A stretch of DNA of 64,000 nt from Aminipila sp. Lineage in GTDB: Bacteria; Bacillota; Clostridia; Peptostreptococcales; Anaerovoracaceae. Under the pieces are notes generated by a model. It saw only the letters and a program-made list of their open reading frames with translations. It searched no databases and was not told the DNA's origin. Positions 1-9,737 of this stretch are shown here, piece after piece. Location: positions 153,528 through 217,527 of the forward strand of contig NZ_DAMBYD010000005.1 of assembly GCF_032051575.1 (NCBI RefSeq), given 5' to 3'. Every line of letters begins with the position of its first letter. Position 1 is the first letter of the stretch. Made by a program: the position numbers and the translations under genes.

Positions 1-1
1 A

Positions 2-208
2 GACAGAAACTATGCCCCTGATATTACAAACAAAAAAATCCATATAGATGAAGGTGATTGTGAAAGTTGTGGAGCATGTATTAAAAAGTGCCCTAACCAT
101 GCCATTCGTTTTAATGACAATGGTTCAGCATCTGTAAATCACGGTGTTTGTTTAACGTGTGGCTATTGTGCACCTGTCTGCCCTGTACGTGCAATAATAA
201 TGTTTTAA
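2..208 (+). CDS. 4Fe-4S dicluster (ferredoxin-type) domain protein, C-terminal fragment; 5' end lies outside the window
   Basis: Frame-2 translation is open from the window edge to TAA at 206-208: ...DCESCGACIKKCPNHAIRFNDNGSASVNHGVCLTCGYCAPVCPVRAIIMF*. It has two CxxCxxCxxxCP motifs. It is absent from the ORF track because no start codon lies in the window. Confidence 0.7.
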   Translation, partial: DRNYAPDITNKKIHIDEGDCESCGACIKKCPNHAIRFNDNGSASVNHGVCLTCGYCAPVCPVRAIIMF

Positions 209-235
209 TGTAGTAAATTAAATAATAACTTTGAA

Positions 236-278
236 GGCATGTGGATAATTTGAAATATCCATATGCCTTATTTGTTTT
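236..278 (+). terminator. Intrinsic terminator after the ferredoxin-domain gene
   Basis: GGCATGTGGATA-N8-TATCCATATGCC forms a 12-bp stem with one G.U on the plus strand, followed by TTATTTGTTTT. Confidence 0.5.
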
Positions 279-301
279 CAAATTTTAAGATAGAGACTTT
301 T

Positions 302-688
302 TTATTTCAATATTGAATTAATTAGTTGTAGTATTGCAATCAATATTGGAATAGCAAGATAAAATATGATAATTTTTCCTGCCAGCTCAACTTTTCCAGC
401 GATGGCTCCCTCCCCTGAATCTTTACACAGTTGAGAAGTGAAATCAGCGATATATGCAACCACAAGTACCTTAATAATGATTGGGAAAAAGGTTTTTCCA
501 TATGTAATATTTCCATATATACTTTCTAAGAATGAAAATACGGCCATAAGCTTTTCTAAAGCTAAAGTAAATATGATTATAACTGTTGCCAGTACTACAT
601 AAATTGCAAACTCAGGTTTAAAACCTTTTATTACTTGTGCACAAATAACCCCTACAAGTGCAATTAGAGCTATTTTTATTATATCCAT
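302..688 (-). CDS. spoIIIAD: Stage III sporulation protein AD
   Basis: 128-aa polytopic membrane protein. The ...AYIADFTSQLCKDSGEGAIAGKVELAGKIII... segment matches the conserved SpoIIIAD core as I recall it from B. subtilis. It is the fourth gene of an AA-AB-AC-AD run. Confidence 0.85.
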   Translation of the reverse strand: MDIIKIALIALVGVICAQVIKGFKPEFAIYVVLATVIIIFTLALEKLMAVFSFLESIYGNITYGKTFFPIIIKVLVVAYIADFTSQLCKDSGEGAIAGKVELAGKIIIFYLAIPILIAILQLINSILK

Positions 689-696
689 AGGACCAC

Positions 697-894
697 CTAT
701 AATTGAAATAATGTTTTTACAGTGTCAAAGAATTCGCTTATCATACGTATTATGAAGAAAAGTACAACCACAATTCCTGCTAAAGTCGTCATTAGTGCAT
801 AATCTTCTCTGCCAGCTTTTGAAAGAATTTGATTAATTACTGCTATTGCAATACCTATTCCAGCGATTTTAAATATGATGTCAACATCCATCAT
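697..894 (-). CDS. spoIIIAC: Stage III sporulation protein AC
   Basis: MMDVDIIFKIAGIGIAIAVINQILSKAGREDYA... is a 65-aa two-TM protein of SpoIIIAC type. I moved the start to ATG 892-894, which lies 9 nt after GGAGG; the ORF-track start at 942 adds an implausible 16 aa. Confidence 0.85.
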   Translation of the reverse strand: MMDVDIIFKIAGIGIAIAVINQILSKAGREDYALMTTLAGIVVVLFFIIRMISEFFDTVKTLFQL

Positions 895-922
895 CCTTTG
901 TTTCCTCCACATTTTTATATTT

Positions 923-1444
923 CTATAAAAGTATAATAACAATTGTTAAGCCAATCGCTATCCCTAAACCTTTGTACATTTTTCCCTTCGTATTATTTTC
1001 CTGAACTGCTTGTTCCAATTGTTTTTCAATTTGTTTATATGCTCTTTGTATAACAGCACTCTGACCGTAAATATCAGTACCACCCAGCACCTTTCCAAGT
1101 TCCTTTATGGTGTACATATCTTCTGTAGTAAAGGAACAGCTCTCATCTAATTTCTCAGTATATTTAAACCAGCTTTCAATAAAGCTGCAATTGTTATTTC
1201 CTTTTAGATCTGCAGATACGTTAGAAAATAAATTTTTTGCAGCGTTATTTGCCTTTTCATCAGAAACAATTTTCAATGCTTCTGGAAGCGGTGTCTTCCG
1301 GTATAATATTTCATCCTCCAAGTTCTTTAAACCATCTAGGAAGCTTTGCAAATTTATAACCCTGCATTGATAATCCTGTGCCTTGAAATATCCTAGTGCA
1401 CAACAGATTATAAAAATTAGAGTGTTTAATATAATATTAAGCAA
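923..1444 (-). CDS. spoIIIAB: Stage III sporulation protein AB
   Basis: 173 aa with N- and C-terminal TM helices flanking a soluble helical domain. It sits between spoIIIAA and spoIIIAC. Confidence 0.75.
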   Translation of the reverse strand: MLNIILNTLIFIICCALGYFKAQDYQCRVINLQSFLDGLKNLEDEILYRKTPLPEALKIVSDEKANNAAKNLFSNVSADLKGNNNCSFIESWFKYTEKLDESCSFTTEDMYTIKELGKVLGGTDIYGQSAVIQRAYKQIEKQLEQAVQENNTKGKMYKGLGIAIGLTIVIILL

Positions 1445-1487
1445 AATAGCTCTTCCTTTCTATCAGTTTACATAAAATAGTTATTGT

Positions 1488-2384
1488 TCAATCTTTATCC
1501 TGCTTTGAATACATAACTTCTCTGATTGAACCTGTCTTAGGTATATTTGATAAGAATATAATACAGGAGAAAGTACCTTTTTTCACTAAACTGCCTATTG
1601 CTGAATTTAAAATATCTTCATAAGAATTCCCATGTATAGTAGTAATTAAATTAACCCCTGCGCACATGGCAGCCTCTATAGCATAAATATCAGCACTCTT
1701 ACCAATTTCATCGGTAGCAATTATATTGGGCGACATGGCTCTAATAAGCATTATAATCCCCTGTTCTTTTGGGCAGCCATCTAATATATCCGTGCGTGGC
1801 CCCAAATCATAGCAAGTTTTGCCTTTGTAGCTGCCTGCTATTTCGGATCGTTCATCACAAACGCCAACTCTAAACCCTTTACAGCTTAAGTTCCTTACTA
1901 AATCACGAAGCAAGGTTGTTTTGCCACATTTAGGTGGGGAAACAATTAAAGTATTATGAATGCTGCCATCCTTTTTAAGGATTTTTTTTAAGCATTCTTC
2001 TGAAGCACCTATGACTTCTCTGCTGCATCTAATATTTAGTGATGATATATCTTTGATTAATCTTACATTCTCTTTTTCAAGAACTACTTTCCCACATACC
2101 CCCACTCTATGACCACCTTCAATTGTAATATAACCATTTGCCAGTTCTGTCTCGTAAGCATAATAAGAGTAATTCAATAAACGGTTTATTAAATTGTTTA
2201 GCATTTCATAATCAACTGCGTAAGATATGTGATACTCCTCATTTAGCGAAATTATAGAAATGGGCTGTCCGATTCTAAATCTAAATTCTTCAGCATTATT
2301 AATAATTTTATCGGGCAAAGCTCTAAAGGTCTTCTCAAGATCCTGTGGCATCTTAATCAGTATACTCTCAATATTTTTCTCCAT
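1488..2384 (-). CDS. spoIIIAA: Stage III sporulation protein AA (AAA+ ATPase)
   Basis: Walker A is PPKCGKTTLLRDL and the Walker B-like segment is IIATDEIG. I set the start at ATG 2382-2384, 7 nt after GGAGGTG; the longer track ORF (to 2426) has no SD. Confidence 0.85.
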   Translation of the reverse strand: MEKNIESILIKMPQDLEKTFRALPDKIINNAEEFRFRIGQPISIISLNEEYHISYAVDYEMLNNLINRLLNYSYYAYETELANGYITIEGGHRVGVCGKVVLEKENVRLIKDISSLNIRCSREVIGASEECLKKILKKDGSIHNTLIVSPPKCGKTTLLRDLVRNLSCKGFRVGVCDERSEIAGSYKGKTCYDLGPRTDILDGCPKEQGIIMLIRAMSPNIIATDEIGKSADIYAIEAAMCAGVNLITTIHGNSYEDILNSAIGSLVKKGTFSCIIFLSNIPKTGSIREVMYSKQDKD

Positions 2385-2454
2385 GATGTAACACCTCCAT
2401 ATCATAAACATATTGCTTGGACACAAAATTATGATAAAAATTTTAAAGTGTGTA

Positions 2455-2487
2455 TAAAAAAAAACACATTCTCATAAGAGAATGTGT
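2455..2487 (-). terminator. Intrinsic terminator after the CNNM-type transporter gene
   Basis: ACACATTCTC-ATAA-GAGAATGTGT is a perfect 10-bp stem followed on the minus strand by a T8 run. It separates this gene from the spoIIIA operon. Confidence 0.6.
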
Positions 2488-2497
2488 TTGTATTTTT

Positions 2498-3850
2498 TTA
2501 TCCTTCCTTTCCAAGAGTATCCTCCTCATTTGGATTTGGAACAATATATAGTTTTACTTTTTCAATTCTTCGTTCTTTTACAGATTCTATTTTGAACACA
2601 CAGTTTTCATATTCGATAACACGTTCTTCTGGTTCATCTTCATCGGGTATTTCACCAAGTAAATCAATTAAAAGACCTCCAAGCGTCTCACTGTTTTCGG
2701 ATTGAAGATTTAAATTTAGTTTTTCATCTAAATTATCTAAATTGATAAATCCATCGACAATAAATGTATTATCGTCAATTTTCTCTATAGGAAGCTCTTC
2801 TTCGTCATATTCATCATCAATATCGCCCATTACTTCTTCAATAATGTCTTCCATTGTAACAATACCGGAAAATCCTCCGTATTCGTCGATTAAAATCGCA
2901 ATATGCTGTTTTGAGCTTTGTAAATCAAAGAATAAAGAATCAATATTTTTGGTTTCAGGAACAAAATATGGTTTCCTTAGAATTGATTTTATATCAACAT
3001 TTTCAAAGCCATCTTCCCTAGCTTTTATTAAATAATCTTTTATGTGTAATATACCGATGATATTATCACTGTCATCTTCATATACCGGAATTCTTGAATA
3101 TCTTAGCTCCATTAATTCATCAATATATTCTTCAGTAGGATCATTAATATCAATATAAAATACATCTGTTCTCGGAGTCATTACTTCATATGCAAGTTTA
3201 TCATCAAAAGCAAAGATCCGATTAATCATTTTTCTGCCTTTTTCTTTAAGTAAACCTGTTTCCTGTCCAAATTCAAGCATAGACATAACTTCATCTTCAG
3301 AGAATTCTTCATCTTCAATTTTTATCTTTTGTTTAGTAATCCATAAAAGTATATTTACAGAAGAAGATAAAATCCATACAAATGGTCTCGTTAGCTTTGA
3401 TAATATTATAATTGGCTGCACAACATGAAGTGCAATGGTTTCTGCATGTTGTAGTGCTATTCTTTTAGGATATAACTCACCAAAAACAAGTGTAACATAA
3501 GATAAAATAATAGTCACAACAAGAATAGCTATATATCCACCATAAGGTAATCCTAAGTTCGTTAATAATTCACCCAAATTATCAGACATCCCTACTGCCG
3601 CCGATGCACTAGCAAGAAATCCTGCCAAAGTAATGACTACTTGAATGGTAGATAGGAATACATTTGGTTTTTCTAATAGTTCCCGCAACATTGCAGCTTT
3701 TTTGTTTCCTTCTTGAGCAAGAAGTTTAATCTTATTTTTGTTTATAGATACGATAGACATTTCTGCAGCTGCAAAAAACGCATGTATAAAAATTAAAAAT
3801 ATTAAAAATATTATTTGCGCCATTACTGGCGTACTGGGGTCCGAAGACAT
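2498..3850 (-). CDS. HlyC/CorC (CNNM) family transporter: DUF21 membrane domain, CBS pair and CorC_HlyC domain
   Basis: 450 aa. The N-terminal 4-TM DUF21 pattern is FFAAAEMSIVS. The CBS region is VMTPRTDVFYIDIND. The C-terminal region is IEKIDDNTFIVDGFINLDNL. Confidence 0.85.
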   Translation of the reverse strand: MSSDPSTPVMAQIIFLIFLIFIHAFFAAAEMSIVSINKNKIKLLAQEGNKKAAMLRELLEKPNVFLSTIQVVITLAGFLASASAAVGMSDNLGELLTNLGLPYGGYIAILVVTIILSYVTLVFGELYPKRIALQHAETIALHVVQPIIILSKLTRPFVWILSSSVNILLWITKQKIKIEDEEFSEDEVMSMLEFGQETGLLKEKGRKMINRIFAFDDKLAYEVMTPRTDVFYIDINDPTEEYIDELMELRYSRIPVYEDDSDNIIGILHIKDYLIKAREDGFENVDIKSILRKPYFVPETKNIDSLFFDLQSSKQHIAILIDEYGGFSGIVTMEDIIEEVMGDIDDEYDEEELPIEKIDDNTFIVDGFINLDNLDEKLNLNLQSENSETLGGLLIDLLGEIPDEDEPEERVIEYENCVFKIESVKERRIEKVKLYIVPNPNEEDTLGKEG

Positions 3851-3919
3851 TCTTTTTCTCTCCTTTTTTTCCTTTATTACTGTAATTAATACTTAAACCA
3901 TGTGGAAAATTATATCATT

Positions 3920-5143
3920 TTATTTTCTTTTACGCAACATAAATCCAGCAGTAACGGGATGATCTACTTTTATCTGAAGAAGTTGTTGAGGATGGGGTGC
4001 TGATTCAACAGGATTACCATCTTCATTCAACATGATTTCAAGAGTCTGCGTAAAGGAATGCCAGTTAGGGCCAAAGATTTCTATTTCTTCACCAATACTC
4101 ATTTTATTTCTCTGTTCTACTAATGCCATTCCTGTTTCAGAATTATAATCTTTTACAAAACCTACAAAAGAATATTCTCTGGTATATGCACTAGTTTGAT
4201 AGTCCTGATCTTTGTTTGTAGGCTTATCAAAATAAAACCCAGTTGTAAATTGTCTGTGACTAACCTTTTTTAGTTCATTTAGCCATTCTTCATTGAAAAC
4301 ATAGTTTGCAGGATCTTCATAATAAGCGTCAATGGCTTTTCTATATGCACTTACAATTGTAGCTACATAGAAAACACTTTTCATTCGGCCTTCTATTTTC
4401 GCAGATACAATTCCTGAATCAATCAATTCTGGTATATGATCAATCATACATAAATCTCTAGAATTTAGAATATACGTTCCTCTTTCATCTTCTTCAATAG
4501 GAAAATATTCACCGGGTCTCTGCTCTTCCACCAGACTATACTTCCATCTGCAAGGATGCGCACATTGCCCTCTGTTGGCATCTCTTTCTATCATAAAGTT
4601 GCTAAGCAGGCATCTCCCTGAATAAGAAATACACATTGCTCCTTGAACAAAAGCTTCTATTTCCATTTCTTCAGGCATTTTGCTTCGAAGTTCCTTTATT
4701 TCCTTAAAAGTAAGCTCTCTGGCAAGAACAATTCTTTTTATTCCTTGTTGGTGCCAAAATTCCGCAGTTTTAAAATTAGTCATATTTGCCTGTGTACTTA
4801 AGTGAAGCTCAGCATTTGGTATAGCTTCTTTTATTAATAGCATTATGCCAGGATCTGATACTAAGAAAGCATCAATCGCGATATCTTTAATTTTATTTAA
4901 ATATTCCTCAAAAGGTTTGATATCTTCATTATGTGCATAAATGTTAACTGTTAAATAGGCTTTTTTACCTCTAGCATGAGCATATTCCACTCCTTCTTTT
5001 ATTTCTCCAATAGTAAGATTCCCTGCTCCGGCCCTAAGACTAAACATCTCACCACCAAAATATACCGCATCTGCGCCATAATCTATGGCAATTTTTAATT
5101 TTTCTAAATCCCCGGCAGGAGCTAGTAATTCGATTTTTTTCAT
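3920..5143 (-). CDS. U32 family peptidase-like protein (YrrO/TrhP-type, tRNA U34 hydroxylation family)
   Basis: The N-terminus MKKIELLAPAGDLEKLKIAIDYGADAVYFGG is typical of U32 proteins. Cys-rich core CISYSGRCLLSNF...GQCAHPCRW is present. It shares synteny with mltG and an O-methyltransferase, as in the Bacillus yrrL-yrrM-yrrN-yrrO cluster. Confidence 0.8.
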   Translation of the reverse strand: MKKIELLAPAGDLEKLKIAIDYGADAVYFGGEMFSLRAGAGNLTIGEIKEGVEYAHARGKKAYLTVNIYAHNEDIKPFEEYLNKIKDIAIDAFLVSDPGIMLLIKEAIPNAELHLSTQANMTNFKTAEFWHQQGIKRIVLARELTFKEIKELRSKMPEEMEIEAFVQGAMCISYSGRCLLSNFMIERDANRGQCAHPCRWKYSLVEEQRPGEYFPIEEDERGTYILNSRDLCMIDHIPELIDSGIVSAKIEGRMKSVFYVATIVSAYRKAIDAYYEDPANYVFNEEWLNELKKVSHRQFTTGFYFDKPTNKDQDYQTSAYTREYSFVGFVKDYNSETGMALVEQRNKMSIGEEIEIFGPNWHSFTQTLEIMLNEDGNPVESAPHPQQLLQIKVDHPVTAGFMLRKRK

Positions 5144-5180
5144 TTTTACCTCTCGTATCCATAATATATTTACTGTAAAT

Positions 5181-5843
5181 CTATTTATCTATAACACTAA
5201 TTGCCAACCCGTCTCCCACTGGAATAACTGAAGTATGGCAATAATCCAATTCATTAATATATTGTACATATTCTTGCATCTTACGGATATTTGTTTTATG
5301 TTTACCATGAATGTCATATTCACTGGATACAGTCATTGCTTTCATAAGTACATTATCTGATACTATTATAGTATCTTGGTGAGCTAATTTTATGGCAGAA
5401 TCCCAAAATCTCTTATAGTGACTTTTGGCGGCATCGATAAATATCAAATCAAAGGGTTCACTGCCTTCGTTATACAACTTTTCTATAACCTCACCACCGT
5501 CACCATGATAAACTGTAATTTTATCAGACAATCCAAGATTTTCTATATTTTGTAAAGCTGTTTCATATGTTTCTTCATTATATTCTATAGTAACAACTTC
5601 TGCACCATCATAAACAATAGCAAAACAAGAAGATGAATATCCTACTGCAGTACCAATTTCCAATATTCTTTTAGGACGATGAATACGAATTAGATTTAAA
5701 AGCAAGCTTTCTGTATCTTTTAATATGATGGGTACATTAGCTTCTTCAGCCTTCATGCGTAGTTGTCCCAGCTCTTGCGTTAAAGGTTTATATAATTCAT
5801 CAATATATTGAGTTACTTTTTCATTTGTAATATTCATAAACAT
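5181..5843 (-). CDS. trmR: Class I SAM-dependent O-methyltransferase (family 3, YrrM/TrmR-like)
   Basis: SAM-binding motif ILEIGTAVGYSS and segment DLIFIDAAKSHY are present. The gene sits between mltG and the U32 gene, as Bacillus yrrM does. Confidence 0.65.
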   Translation of the reverse strand: MFMNITNEKVTQYIDELYKPLTQELGQLRMKAEEANVPIILKDTESLLLNLIRIHRPKRILEIGTAVGYSSSCFAIVYDGAEVVTIEYNEETYETALQNIENLGLSDKITVYHGDGGEVIEKLYNEGSEPFDLIFIDAAKSHYKRFWDSAIKLAHQDTIIVSDNVLMKAMTVSSEYDIHGKHKTNIRKMQEYVQYINELDYCHTSVIPVGDGLAISVIDK

Positions 5844-5849
5844 TCTCCA

Positions 5850-6926
5850 TTACAGTGAATTAATATAGGATTTCTTATTTTTTAAAAACTCTTCATAAGT
5901 GTTTGAAAACTTATGCGTACCATTATTTTCAGCACTGAGTACATAATAATAATAATTTGTGCTCTCTGGATATAAAGCGGCCTTTATGGAATCAATACTT
6001 GGCGAGCAAATAGGCCCTGGAGGAAGACCGGTATTTTGATAAGTGTTATAAGGTGAATCCACCTGTAAATCATTATAATCAAGTCTGTCCTTGTGTTCAG
6101 GCAATGCATACTGAACAGTTGCATCTATTTGTAACGGCATATTAATAGCCAATCTATTATATATAACACTGGCAACTGTAGCCTTTTCAGAAGAAACTAA
6201 GGTTTCTCTTTCAATTAAAGATGCTATAGTAATGATTTTATACATATCATAGCCCATTTCAGCTGCTCTAGTGTAATATTCATCTAAAACAAGTTTATTA
6301 AATTGTGCCAGCATTTTATTTATGATTTCATGTTCACTGGCTGTAGTATAAATATCATATGTTTCAGGATATAAAAAACCTTCAAGTCGGTTTTCATTAT
6401 TGGGTAAAAGAGACATAAATTTATAATCAAAGGTACCAGATTGTATTTCTGAGATAAAGGAATCTTTATTAATTAAATTTTTTGCAGCAAGTTTTTCTGC
6501 AGTTTGCTTTACAGTAAGCCCTTCCGGAATTGTAAACCGACTGATATTCGATTCTCCCGATATGATTATTTCCATAATCTGCTCAATTGTCATGGCTGGT
6601 GATAGTGAGTATTCCCCTGCTTTATACTTTCCATCGTTTCCCTGTAATTTTGATAATAGTTTAAAATGATTTGCATTTGAAATTATTTTATTATCTTGTA
6701 ATATTTGACCAATATTTTTTGTTCCTGAGCCTGGAGGTATACTGACAGCTACTATTTGAGTATTGTCTTTATCTAAGGGGTTTCCTAAATTGCTTAGATA
6801 GTATACTGAACTTCCAATTAATATTATAACTAGCACTAAAATTAAGGCTATTAAATTAAATTTTTTCCCTTTTCCCTTGCTTTGATTTGTTTTTCCCATA
6901 AATATTTCCTCTTTTGTATTATTCAC
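5850..6926 (-). CDS. mltG: Endolytic murein transglycosylase MltG (YceG-like)
   Basis: 358 aa with an N-terminal TM anchor. YceG-family segments EGFLYPETY, ASLIERE and NTYQNTGLPPGPICSPS are present. Confidence 0.9.
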   Translation of the reverse strand: MNNTKEEIFMGKTNQSKGKGKKFNLIALILVLVIILIGSSVYYLSNLGNPLDKDNTQIVAVSIPPGSGTKNIGQILQDNKIISNANHFKLLSKLQGNDGKYKAGEYSLSPAMTIEQIMEIIISGESNISRFTIPEGLTVKQTAEKLAAKNLINKDSFISEIQSGTFDYKFMSLLPNNENRLEGFLYPETYDIYTTASEHEIINKMLAQFNKLVLDEYYTRAAEMGYDMYKIITIASLIERETLVSSEKATVASVIYNRLAINMPLQIDATVQYALPEHKDRLDYNDLQVDSPYNTYQNTGLPPGPICSPSIDSIKAALYPESTNYYYYVLSAENNGTHKFSNTYEEFLKNKKSYINSL

Positions 6927-6930
6927 ATTA

Positions 6931-6957
6931 AATAGAAAGGGACGTTTAGAACGCCCC
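6931..6957 (-). terminator. Intrinsic terminator after efp
   Basis: On the minus strand GGGGCGT-TCTAA-ACGTCCC forms a 7-bp stem with one G.U, followed by TTTCTATTT. Confidence 0.5.
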
Positions 6958-6985
6958 TTTTAATTCATTTATTCAGTTACTGCTT

Positions 6986-7546
6986 TTATTTAGATCTTCC
7001 TAAATAATCGCCTGTTCTTGTATCTATCTGAATAACTTCGCCTTCTTCAATAAAAATAGGGACTTGAACAATCGCGCCTGTTTCAACAGTTGCTGCCTTA
7101 GTTACGTTAGTAGCCGTATCTCCTTTAACGCCTGGCTCAGTTTCAATTACCTTTAGATTTACAAAGTTAGGAGGTTCTACCATAAATGCTGACCCCTTGT
7201 AGAATTTAATAGTAGCTTCATCATTTTCTCTTAAGTACTTGATAGCTTCTTCAACCTGTTCTTCCATTAGAGGAACCTGCTCAAAAGTTTCTTGATCCAT
7301 GAAGTAGTATAATTCCCCATCATTATATAAGTACTGCATCTGCTTTGTTTCAATATGAGCCTTAGGGAATTTATCATTTGGGTTAAATGCTTCTTCTCTA
7401 GTGGCACCAGTAAGAATATTTTTGTACTTTGTTCTTACAAAAGCAGCACCTTTTCCTGGTTTCACATGCTGGAAATCTAAAATAACATGTGGTTCACCAT
7501 TTAATTCAAAAGTAATACCTTTTCTAAAATCACTTGCGTATAACAT
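6986..7546 (-). CDS. efp: Translation elongation factor P
   Basis: 186 aa. [43 protein letters not shown] is a canonical EF-P N-terminus. Confidence 0.95.
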   Translation of the reverse strand: MLYASDFRKGITFELNGEPHVILDFQHVKPGKGAAFVRTKYKNILTGATREEAFNPNDKFPKAHIETKQMQYLYNDGELYYFMDQETFEQVPLMEEQVEEAIKYLRENDEATIKFYKGSAFMVEPPNFVNLKVIETEPGVKGDTATNVTKAATVETGAIVQVPIFIEEGEVIQIDTRTGDYLGRSK

Positions 7547-7686
7547 ATTTTACTCCTTTATAATTAGTGTCAAAATAACTAAAAACCTTGGTTCTTAGAG
7601 AATTATTAAGTCTTTTGTAGATTTTACGGTATTTATTATATCAAAAGATGTAACAATTGCCAAGTCCTCAATATAACCTCTAACCT

Positions 7687-8025
7687 TTATTTGTTATTTC
7701 CAAGATTAATTACTTCTCCTAAAATCTTATATATATCATTCATCATAAGTGAAAACCTAAGTTCTGACTGCAGATATTGAGCTGCAAGAGGATCACTCAT
7801 CATAATACCATAAAGCTGTTGAATCTGGCCAGTAAATTCTTCATCAATTTCCTGGCCTAGTATTTGCTTTGTCTGCATTTCCATTTGCTTCGCCTGAAAA
7901 TCATTTATCATTTCAGTAAGCTCACTATTTTGAGAAACAGTCGCCTTCATAGCTTCATACTGTTTTAATTCCTCTGAATCCTTAATTGCTGTAGCTAGAG
8001 TTCTAGCTGCATCATATACATTCAT
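7687..8025 (-). CDS. YlbF/YmcA family (UPF0342) regulatory protein
   Basis: 112-aa all-helical protein with the pattern ...AIKDSEELKQYEAMKATVSQNSE...INDFQAKQ...; its size and composition are typical of the family. Confidence 0.65.
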   Translation of the reverse strand: MNVYDAARTLATAIKDSEELKQYEAMKATVSQNSELTEMINDFQAKQMEMQTKQILGQEIDEEFTGQIQQLYGIMMSDPLAAQYLQSELRFSLMMNDIYKILGEVINLGNNK

Positions 8026-8027
8026 TT

Positions 8028-9707
8028 TTAAACCTCCAAGAATATGGGCAGTATAACAGGACTCCTCTTTGTCTGCTTATAAATAAAGCTTCTAAGATCG
8101 TCTCTTACTGCTGATTTAAGCGCATTCCAATCTTTAATATTCTCTTCACAACATTTATCAAGTGTGTTTGAAACGAGATTTCTTGCTTGTTCAATAAGAT
8201 TTTCGTTTTCTCTTACGTAAACAAATCCTCTGGAAATAATATCTGGACCAGAACATATTGTACCAGATGCCTTATCGATAGCAGCTACTACAATAATAAG
8301 CCCTGATTCTGAAAGAAGCTTTCTGTCACGAAGTACGATATTTCCCACATCACCTACGCCTAAGCCATCCACATATACAGCCTGTGAAGGTACTTCTTCT
8401 TTGAGTATTTCTGCCTTATTAGCAGTCACACTAAGAACATTGCCATTTTCTAAAATAAAGATATTTTCGGGATCTTCACCCAGGCTCTCTGCAATTTGTG
8501 CATGTCTTTTTAGATGTCGATACTCACCATGTACCGGCATAAAAAACTTAGGTTTAATTAGAGAATGCATTAACTTCAATTCTTCTTCGCAGGCATGGCC
8601 TGAAACGTGAATATCTGCTATATCTGAATAAATTACTTCTGCACCCTTTTCAAAAAGTTTATTTACAACATTTGAAACTGTCTTCTCATTTCCAGGTACA
8701 GGGCTGGAGGATAGTATTACCATATCCCCTTTTTTAATGGTCACTGCTTTATGATCAGCAGACGCCATTCTTGAAAGCGCTGACATTGGTTCACCTTGAC
8801 TGCCTGTAGTGATGATTACAAGTTCTTTATCTGGAATATTTTTAGTTTTATTTATATCTACAAGTACATTTGCAGGGACAGTTAAATATCCAAGTTCCAT
8901 CGCGATATTTACTACATTGACCATGCTTCTACCAGATATTGCCACCTTACGGCCAACCATAACTGCATTATCAATAATTCTTTGTACTCTGTGTACATTT
9001 GATGAAAATGTAGCAATAATAATCCTTGCTTCTGAATTTCTAAATATATTTTCAAGAGTAATGCCTACCGTCTGTTCAGACATGGAATAACCCGGTCTTG
9101 TAGCATTTGTACTATCACAAAGCATAAGCTGAACACCCTTTGAGCCAAGTTCAGCAAGTCTTGCAAAATCCATAGGTGCTCCGCCTACCGGTGTATAATC
9201 AATCTTAAAATCTCCTGTATGGAATACTCTTCCTACTGGTGTATCTATACACCAGCAAATGGCGTCTGCAACAGAATGTGTACTTCTAATGGCTTCTGCA
9301 TTAAATGCTCCCAGCTGGACCCTGTCTCCATGGGCAACTGTGTTTAAATCAGCCTTAATTCCATGTTCTTTAAGCTTATTTTCTACCAGCCCTAAAGTTA
9401 ACCTTGTTCCGTAAATTGGAATATTAATCTGCTTTAGAAGGTAAGGAATAGCTCCTATATGGTCTTCATGACCATGTGTTAATATCATTCCTTTTATTTT
9501 CTCTTTGTTTTTTACAACATAGCTAAAATCAGGAATAACAATATCAATTCCGTACATTTCATCTTCTGGAAAGGACAGTCCGCAGTCAATAATTAGCAAA
9601 TCTTCTTTATATTCCAAAACGGTCATGTTTTTACCGATCTCATTTAATCCGCCAATTGGAATAACGCGTAGTGGGCTGCCACCCTTTTTATTCGTTCTTT
9701 TTCTCAT
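8028..9707 (-). CDS. rnj: Ribonuclease J
   Basis: 559 aa with the beta-CASP metallo-beta-lactamase motif HGHEDHIG. N-terminus LRVIPIGGLNEIGKNM is typical of RNase J. Confidence 0.9.
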   Translation of the reverse strand: MRKRTNKKGGSPLRVIPIGGLNEIGKNMTVLEYKEDLLIIDCGLSFPEDEMYGIDIVIPDFSYVVKNKEKIKGMILTHGHEDHIGAIPYLLKQINIPIYGTRLTLGLVENKLKEHGIKADLNTVAHGDRVQLGAFNAEAIRSTHSVADAICWCIDTPVGRVFHTGDFKIDYTPVGGAPMDFARLAELGSKGVQLMLCDSTNATRPGYSMSEQTVGITLENIFRNSEARIIIATFSSNVHRVQRIIDNAVMVGRKVAISGRSMVNVVNIAMELGYLTVPANVLVDINKTKNIPDKELVIITTGSQGEPMSALSRMASADHKAVTIKKGDMVILSSSPVPGNEKTVSNVVNKLFEKGAEVIYSDIADIHVSGHACEEELKLMHSLIKPKFFMPVHGEYRHLKRHAQIAESLGEDPENIFILENGNVLSVTANKAEILKEEVPSQAVYVDGLGVGDVGNIVLRDRKLLSESGLIIVVAAIDKASGTICSGPDIISRGFVYVRENENLIEQARNLVSNTLDKCCEENIKDWNALKSAVRDDLRSFIYKQTKRSPVILPIFLEV

Positions 9708-9737
9708 TGTTTCTCCGTTCTACTTTTGCTATGAAAC

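Noticed and set aside
2385-2455. Calling a sigma-E or sigma-G sporulation promoter upstream of spoIIIAA
   Set aside because: The 70-nt interval contains CATA...ATATGTTT-like strings. Nothing matches the ATA-N16-18-CATACA-T (sigma-E) or GHATR-N17-18-CATNNTA (sigma-G) patterns well enough to annotate.
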